A DNA stretch of 20,000 bases, from the sequence record DRR723986_5794; one strand, written 5' to 3'. This document shows, in pieces, positions 15,497 to 20,000 of this stretch (within the stretch, counting starts at the first letter, position 1; the number at the start of each line of letters is the position of its first letter). The notes beneath the pieces were generated by a model that did no database searches, had not been told where the DNA came from, and was given only the letters and a program-made list of their open reading frames with translations. A program made the translations under genes and the position numbers.

Positions 15497-17977
15497 CTAA
15501 AAGTCGGAAGTAAAACGCACTAATACACCGAAATTTCTTACTTGATCTCCTTTTTGATCTACATGATCACGGTAAGCAAGTCTCCATGTGGCGTCAATTC
15601 TTATAAATTTGAAAATGTTTTCTAAACCTACCCCAACTTCATAGTACGGCTTTGTTAATCTGTTACTGTATGATGGCAATAATAACTCTGAATTGTGTTT
15701 GTTATTGTATCGACCGACAACGGCTTTCGCGTTATACACAATTCGCCATTTCAATTTTTTAATGAGCGGAATTCTATCCATTATAAATCCTTGAAGTCTG
15801 TGTTCAAAATTTATTCCAACCCATTCGTCAGAAATAAATTCATAATAGCGCATCAAATTAAATCCTGTTCGCTGCAGGATAATGGTTTCGTTACCAGGAT
15901 GGATTTGTAAAAACGGATACGGCACTTGACCGAATATCTTTCCAGCATAAATTGAATACTGAATTCTTCCGAACATACCTATTCTGGGACGGTGATCATA
16001 AATCAAATCTAATCGGTGAAAATCGTACTCACTTTCTAATACATTTTTTATTCCCCATGTATGCGTCAATGAAATGATCGGATACTTAGAGCCAAGAGAA
16101 GTTCTATCAAATTGACCATTTAAGAATTTTTCTTCTTTAGTATACATGATTTGATTTCTTACTTCAAAGGAAGTTAAGCTCACTACTTGATTGGTATCGC
16201 CTGTAGTATTATCTATTCTACTATAATCAGAAAATCCTAAAGGTATAAAGCGTTTCCATTCTACCGAACTGAACGTTCTCATGTCAAACGACCAATCTTT
16301 CTCAAGAGAAATTTCGCCCTTTTGAACCATGGTCAGTTTATCTTGAGGCGCCAATGAAAATAGCGTAGTAAATGAGTTTCCAATATCTCCAATAGAAGCA
16401 TCTAACCCTAAAATCTCTATCCGTCTTCGGTAGGCAAAACGCATCATTGTTCTTGGTGAATTCTTTAATTTCCAGCGCAATGACCCACCGTATTTCCAAT
16501 CCTTGTCACCAAAACCGTATATACCAAAACCATTAATTTCAACCTTAGTACTAAACCTATTTGAAGTTCTAAGTGAAAGCATGACTCTGTGTCCTTCGAT
16601 ACTATTACGATTATACAACGAATAAATGCTTCCAACTTCAATAGGGCCTGCTCTATAAAAACCTGAATAAGCCATATAAACCACGTTCTCATAAAATTTA
16701 AAACGGCGATTATCCTTTAGTGTATCCACCATGTCTATTACTCCCTGTTCCTCTGCTGTCAAGGTATCATGACGATTGGCATCCCAATAAGATTCTTCAC
16801 GAAGTTTTGCTGAATCTTCTAGTACCAAATCGGCCACATAAAAGTCAAAATCCTTTGGCGCATTAACGACAAACTTTTCTCGAGAGGTTTTTTTATGCAC
16901 CGTGGCGCCATGTAACTTCTGTTTTTTTAAGTCATTAAACAATTTGAAATAAGCTTTAACTTCTTCTTCAGTTACCATCCAAACACCTGGTTCAACTTCA
17001 GTATAATTTTGATAAACAGATAAATCTGTCACATAATTTAAATTCACATTATCTGGAATTCTGGCAATCAACCTTTTTATGGCGTAGGTTGAATCGTCTA
17101 TCCACATTTCACCATCAAATACCGCGTCTCCCTTTCGTTTTGGCACAAAAAACATCCTGTAGCAAGGAACTCCATCAATGGTATCAGGTTGTTGCATGTA
17201 ATATTTGTAAAAAGCCCGGCCACCGTCAGCAATTGGAGACATGAACTCTTTGTTAAATAACTCTATGTAATTGTCGTAAACATTAACTGATTGATGAATA
17301 TCTCCGGTAAATTGTTGCAATTGCAAATAATCAACCCCTGTGATTCTGCTTGCCTTGATCACCTCTTTTCGTTGAACAGGGGATTTTTTATAGTAGTAAT
17401 CAGAAATTGATTCGGTCAACAATACTGGTATGTATCTTTTACCTATTGTGGTATCCTCACCCACATAATTATCTACTACGTCCATTTTTCTGAACAATCT
17501 ATTTTCTTCAAAGTTTTTACCAATATTGTTGACGTCAAACTGCATCTTATTGTAAACTTCGCACTCGAACGCATCTAGCTTTTCAGGGTCGTTGGCTTTT
17601 TTGTTTTCTTTTACTTTTCTGAGGATTTCAAAGGCTGGATTTTCGCCCGCTATGATTTCAACAGCATCAAAACTTTTTATTGCTGCCGGCAGAAGGATTT
17701 CGTAATCATTGCTGATTCCGGCCTTAACTGCAAAAACAAGTGTTTTATATCCTACAGAACTAATCTCAATGGAATCAGAAGGATTGGTAGTTTGAACAAA
17801 AAAACTGCCATCAAAGTTTGTCAGGCCGCCAGCACCTCCATTTTGAAACTTGACTTTAACATAAGGAACTGGCTCACCACTCAAAGAATCTTTCACAACA
17901 CCCTGCACAACAGTTGATTGCGTAAATCCGCAAAAACAAGTGAATAGGAATGCTATGACAAATAGAAATTGCTTCAT
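15497..17977 (-). CDS. DUF5686 + carboxypeptidase-regulatory-like domain outer-membrane protein
   Basis: Signal peptide; G.VKD..SGEPVPYV...TNFDGSF...SSVGY (CarboxypepD_reg-like); ENPA..I, YNK..FD, F.SPIA...YKY; PYYEVGVGLENIFKFIRID; terminal Phe. Confidence 0.85.
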   Translation of the reverse strand: MKQFLFVIAFLFTCFCGFTQSTVVQGVVKDSLSGEPVPYVKVKFQNGGAGGLTNFDGSFFVQTTNPSDSIEISSVGYKTLVFAVKAGISNDYEILLPAAIKSFDAVEIIAGENPAFEILRKVKENKKANDPEKLDAFECEVYNKMQFDVNNIGKNFEENRLFRKMDVVDNYVGEDTTIGKRYIPVLLTESISDYYYKKSPVQRKEVIKASRITGVDYLQLQQFTGDIHQSVNVYDNYIELFNKEFMSPIADGGRAFYKYYMQQPDTIDGVPCYRMFFVPKRKGDAVFDGEMWIDDSTYAIKRLIARIPDNVNLNYVTDLSVYQNYTEVEPGVWMVTEEEVKAYFKLFNDLKKQKLHGATVHKKTSREKFVVNAPKDFDFYVADLVLEDSAKLREESYWDANRHDTLTAEEQGVIDMVDTLKDNRRFKFYENVVYMAYSGFYRAGPIEVGSIYSLYNRNSIEGHRVMLSLRTSNRFSTKVEINGFGIYGFGDKDWKYGGSLRWKLKNSPRTMMRFAYRRRIEILGLDASIGDIGNSFTTLFSLAPQDKLTMVQKGEISLEKDWSFDMRTFSSVEWKRFIPLGFSDYSRIDNTTGDTNQVVSLTSFEVRNQIMYTKEEKFLNGQFDRTSLGSKYPIISLTHTWGIKNVLESEYDFHRLDLIYDHRPRIGMFGRIQYSIYAGKIFGQVPYPFLQIHPGNETIILQRTGFNLMRYYEFISDEWVGINFEHRLQGFIMDRIPLIKKLKWRIVYNAKAVVGRYNNKHNSELLLPSYSNRLTKPYYEVGVGLENIFKFIRIDATWRLAYRDHVDQKGDQVRNFGVLVRFTSDF

Positions 17978-17991
17978 GTAAGGGTCCTAAA

Positions 17992-17999
17992 CAAAAATA
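17992..17999 (-). promoter_or_regulatory. -7 element (TATTTTTG) for the DUF5686 gene and possibly lptB
   Basis: Exact TAnnTTTG 14 nt upstream of ATG 17977, in a 41-nt intergenic gap. Confidence 0.6.
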
Positions 18000-18018
18000 C
18001 GAAAATTAAGGTAGAAAT

Positions 18019-18816
18019 CTACTTCGCTAAACTATCCTTATAACGCTTTTTTTCAATGCGTTTCGCGATCAGTATTCCACATTCATAAAGAATAACGATC
18101 GGGATACTGACAATTATTTGAGTGAAAAGATCTGGAGGTGTAATAATAGCAGACACTATCAAAACTGCCACAAATGAGTGTTTTCGGTACTTTTTTAACC
18201 AAGTTGAAGTAATAATGCCGAGTCTAGAAAAGATCATAATTACTACCGGCAACAGGAATAATAAACCTGTGAAAAACACTGTTGAGACGATTGTTTTCAG
18301 GTAAGAATTAATCGTAATATTATTCTCGATTGATTCAGCCATTTGCCAATTGCCGAAAAACTGAACTGTAAGCGGTGCGATCACAAAATATCCGAAAGAA
18401 ATTCCAATAAAAAAGAGGACGCTCACAAAAAAGGTAATTCCTCTTACAGATTTAATCTCGTTCTCTTTAAGACCCGGCTTGACAAAGCCCCAAATTTGAT
18501 GAAAAATCCACGGAAAAGCGAGCACAATTCCACCAACAATAGCCATCATTAGGTTGGTGCCGAATTGCCCCATCATCTCGACAGATTGCCAATCTATTTT
18601 AATCTCAGAGGCGCACAGTCCGGCAGCCCAGCAAAAAAATCTAAAAATTGGAAATTCAGGATCTGCTAAATTCAAGAAGACGTTTTGGGTAATCCACTCG
18701 GTAAAGACGAAAATGACTACGGCAAAAATGAAGATTGCAATTACCATTTTCACTAGTCGCCATCTCAATTCTTCAAGATGACCCAGAAAAGACATATTTT
18801 CTTCTTCCTCTGCCAT
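18019..18816 (-). CDS. tatC: Twin-arginine translocase subunit TatC
   Basis: MSFLGHLEELRWRL, QIWGFVKPGL...E, FGYFVIAP, YRKH and AIITPPD motifs; about six TM helices. Confidence 0.96.
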   Translation of the reverse strand: MAEEEENMSFLGHLEELRWRLVKMVIAIFIFAVVIFVFTEWITQNVFLNLADPEFPIFRFFCWAAGLCASEIKIDWQSVEMMGQFGTNLMMAIVGGIVLAFPWIFHQIWGFVKPGLKENEIKSVRGITFFVSVLFFIGISFGYFVIAPLTVQFFGNWQMAESIENNITINSYLKTIVSTVFFTGLLFLLPVVIMIFSRLGIITSTWLKKYRKHSFVAVLIVSAIITPPDLFTQIIVSIPIVILYECGILIAKRIEKKRYKDSLAK

Positions 18817-18823
18817 TGGCTTG

Positions 18824-18831
18824 CAAAGATA
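18824..18831 (-). promoter_or_regulatory. -7 element (TATCTTTG) for tatC
   Basis: Exact TAnnTTTG only 7 nt upstream of ATG 18816. Confidence 0.65.
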
Positions 18832-18840
18832 CTATTTTAT

Positions 18841-20000
18841 CTAGTCTAAGAGTGGAACTTTTGCCCAGATACTTCGATTTACGAAGCCTACTTTACCTGC
18901 TTTAGTGCTTGAAAGTGTTTTTAATATTTTAGACCGTTCAATGGGTTTCTCAAACCACAAAGGAACAAGTGCTTTCATTTGGTTCAACCATTGATCAGCT
19001 AATTGTCTTGCTTTTACGGCAGAGCTATAATCAATTTCAGTTAATCCGGGATATTTCTTTTTAAGTTTTAAATAGCCTTTTTCATAAGATTCAAAATTGA
19101 ATGGTTTCATCTTATCTTGCCAAACTTCAACACTCAGATGAATTTTATCATCCTTTACCGCTCTGTATTTCCATACTTGATCATTCAACTCATTATCCTT
19201 GATATACGCCTCTGCAGTTAACAGAGAATCTCGATAATACTTGCCATCACTTTGACCTAGGATGCCGCCTGCATAAATGCTTAAATCAATCTTCATGTCT
19301 CGATTTAAGATAGCCTGAAATATTTCCATAGTTTGAATACTGTCAGACTTATTCATAGCCACTGTGCGCTCAGATTTTGCTACAACTTTCTCGTAAACGA
19401 ACTTCTCTTCTTCATTGATAGTTGAAAGGTTCATATGGACGAAGGATTCATCTATATTCTTTGAAAAAACAGTTTTACCAAAAGCTATATGGTAAATTCT
19501 GAAAGATTCTTGCTTACCGTTTTGGTTAAACGTGAAATCCTGCGTTGCATAATTAAACGTACTGCCATCATCAAAAGTATAGACATCACCAGACTTCTTA
19601 TAATCAACGAATATGTAGCCGAGATTCTTCTGCATTCTATCTAACAATGTCTTGTAACCTTGTAGCACATAGTAGGCAGCCTCCATTTCTTCAATCAACT
19701 CAGCTAACTTTGCTTTTTCTCCAGCTAATTGAGAATGCAAAAAATTCAATCTGTTTTGCTCAATATTTTTTTGCTTATCATTCTTAGAAAGTGCTGAAGT
19801 TGGATGTCCAGTTCCTGCTTGATCAGAATTATTCAAGTCTTTTTTCTTGAATTTTTTCTTTTTAATTTTCGGTTTTCCTTCCGGAGTGTGTCTTAGCTTA
19901 TCGAGCTTGTATTCAGTTTTTTTAATTTGAAGCAAGGTTTTTTCAATCTTCTTTTCATAGACGTCTATCCAATATTCGTATCCCCGTTTTCCATAAAGCG
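18841..20000 (-). CDS. Hypothetical protein, C-terminal part (5' end lies outside the window); Lys-rich, probable coiled coil
   Basis: The frame stays open upstream of the track's TTG 19935 to the window edge (..LYGKRGYEYWIDVYEKKIEKT-LLQIKK..). No family recognised. Confidence 0.75.
   Translation of the reverse strand, partial: LYGKRGYEYWIDVYEKKIEKTLLQIKKTEYKLDKLRHTPEGKPKIKKKKFKKKDLNNSDQAGTGHPTSALSKNDKQKNIEQNRLNFLHSQLAGEKAKLAELIEEMEAAYYVLQGYKTLLDRMQKNLGYIFVDYKKSGDVYTFDDGSTFNYATQDFTFNQNGKQESFRIYHIAFGKTVFSKNIDESFVHMNLSTINEEEKFVYEKVVAKSERTVAMNKSDSIQTMEIFQAILNRDMKIDLSIYAGGILGQSDGKYYRDSLLTAEAYIKDNELNDQVWKYRAVKDDKIHLSVEVWQDKMKPFNFESYEKGYLKLKKKYPGLTEIDYSSAVKARQLADQWLNQMKALVPLWFEKPIERSKILKTLSSTKAGKVGFVNRSIWAKVPLLD

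Noticed and set aside
14960-18781. Short ORFs overlapping lptB, the DUF5686 gene and tatC
   Set aside because: Antisense or alternative-frame shadows of conserved genes.
1-20000. CRISPR arrays, tRNA/rRNA genes, IS elements, prophage or defence genes
   Set aside because: Intergenic gaps are all under about 260 nt with no regular repeat-spacer or tRNA-like pattern, and I recognised no transposase, integrase or nuclease motifs.

Overview
AT-rich chromosomal window from a Bacteroidota genome, probably Flavobacteriales and Crocinitomicaceae-like; this is inferred from type IX secretion system (T9SS) genes, TAnnTTTG promoter elements and protein style. Left to right: a partial CtlX/amidinotransferase-family gene (-, missing from the ORF track); a lipoprotein VanX/DdpX M15D dipeptidase (+); a small Cys4-domain membrane/lipoprotein (-); a ~1480-aa T9SS type-B-CTD adhesin-like protein (-) overlapping a small secreted partner; a porV2-porU2-like pair (PorV-family barrel plus C25 sortase-like peptidase, -); pssA-purS (+); then lptB, a DUF5686 outer-membrane protein, tatC and a partial hypothetical gene (-). 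I saw no RNA genes, CRISPR arrays or mobile elements. The most interesting region is the co-oriented 2.2-13.5 kb block. It has a second, poorly characterised T9SS sorting module whose sortase seems to carry an internal ILEI/PANDER (GG-lectin-like) domain. Next to it is a cargo protein with no Lys or Arg over 1416 consecutive residues and no adjacent PorP/SprF partner.
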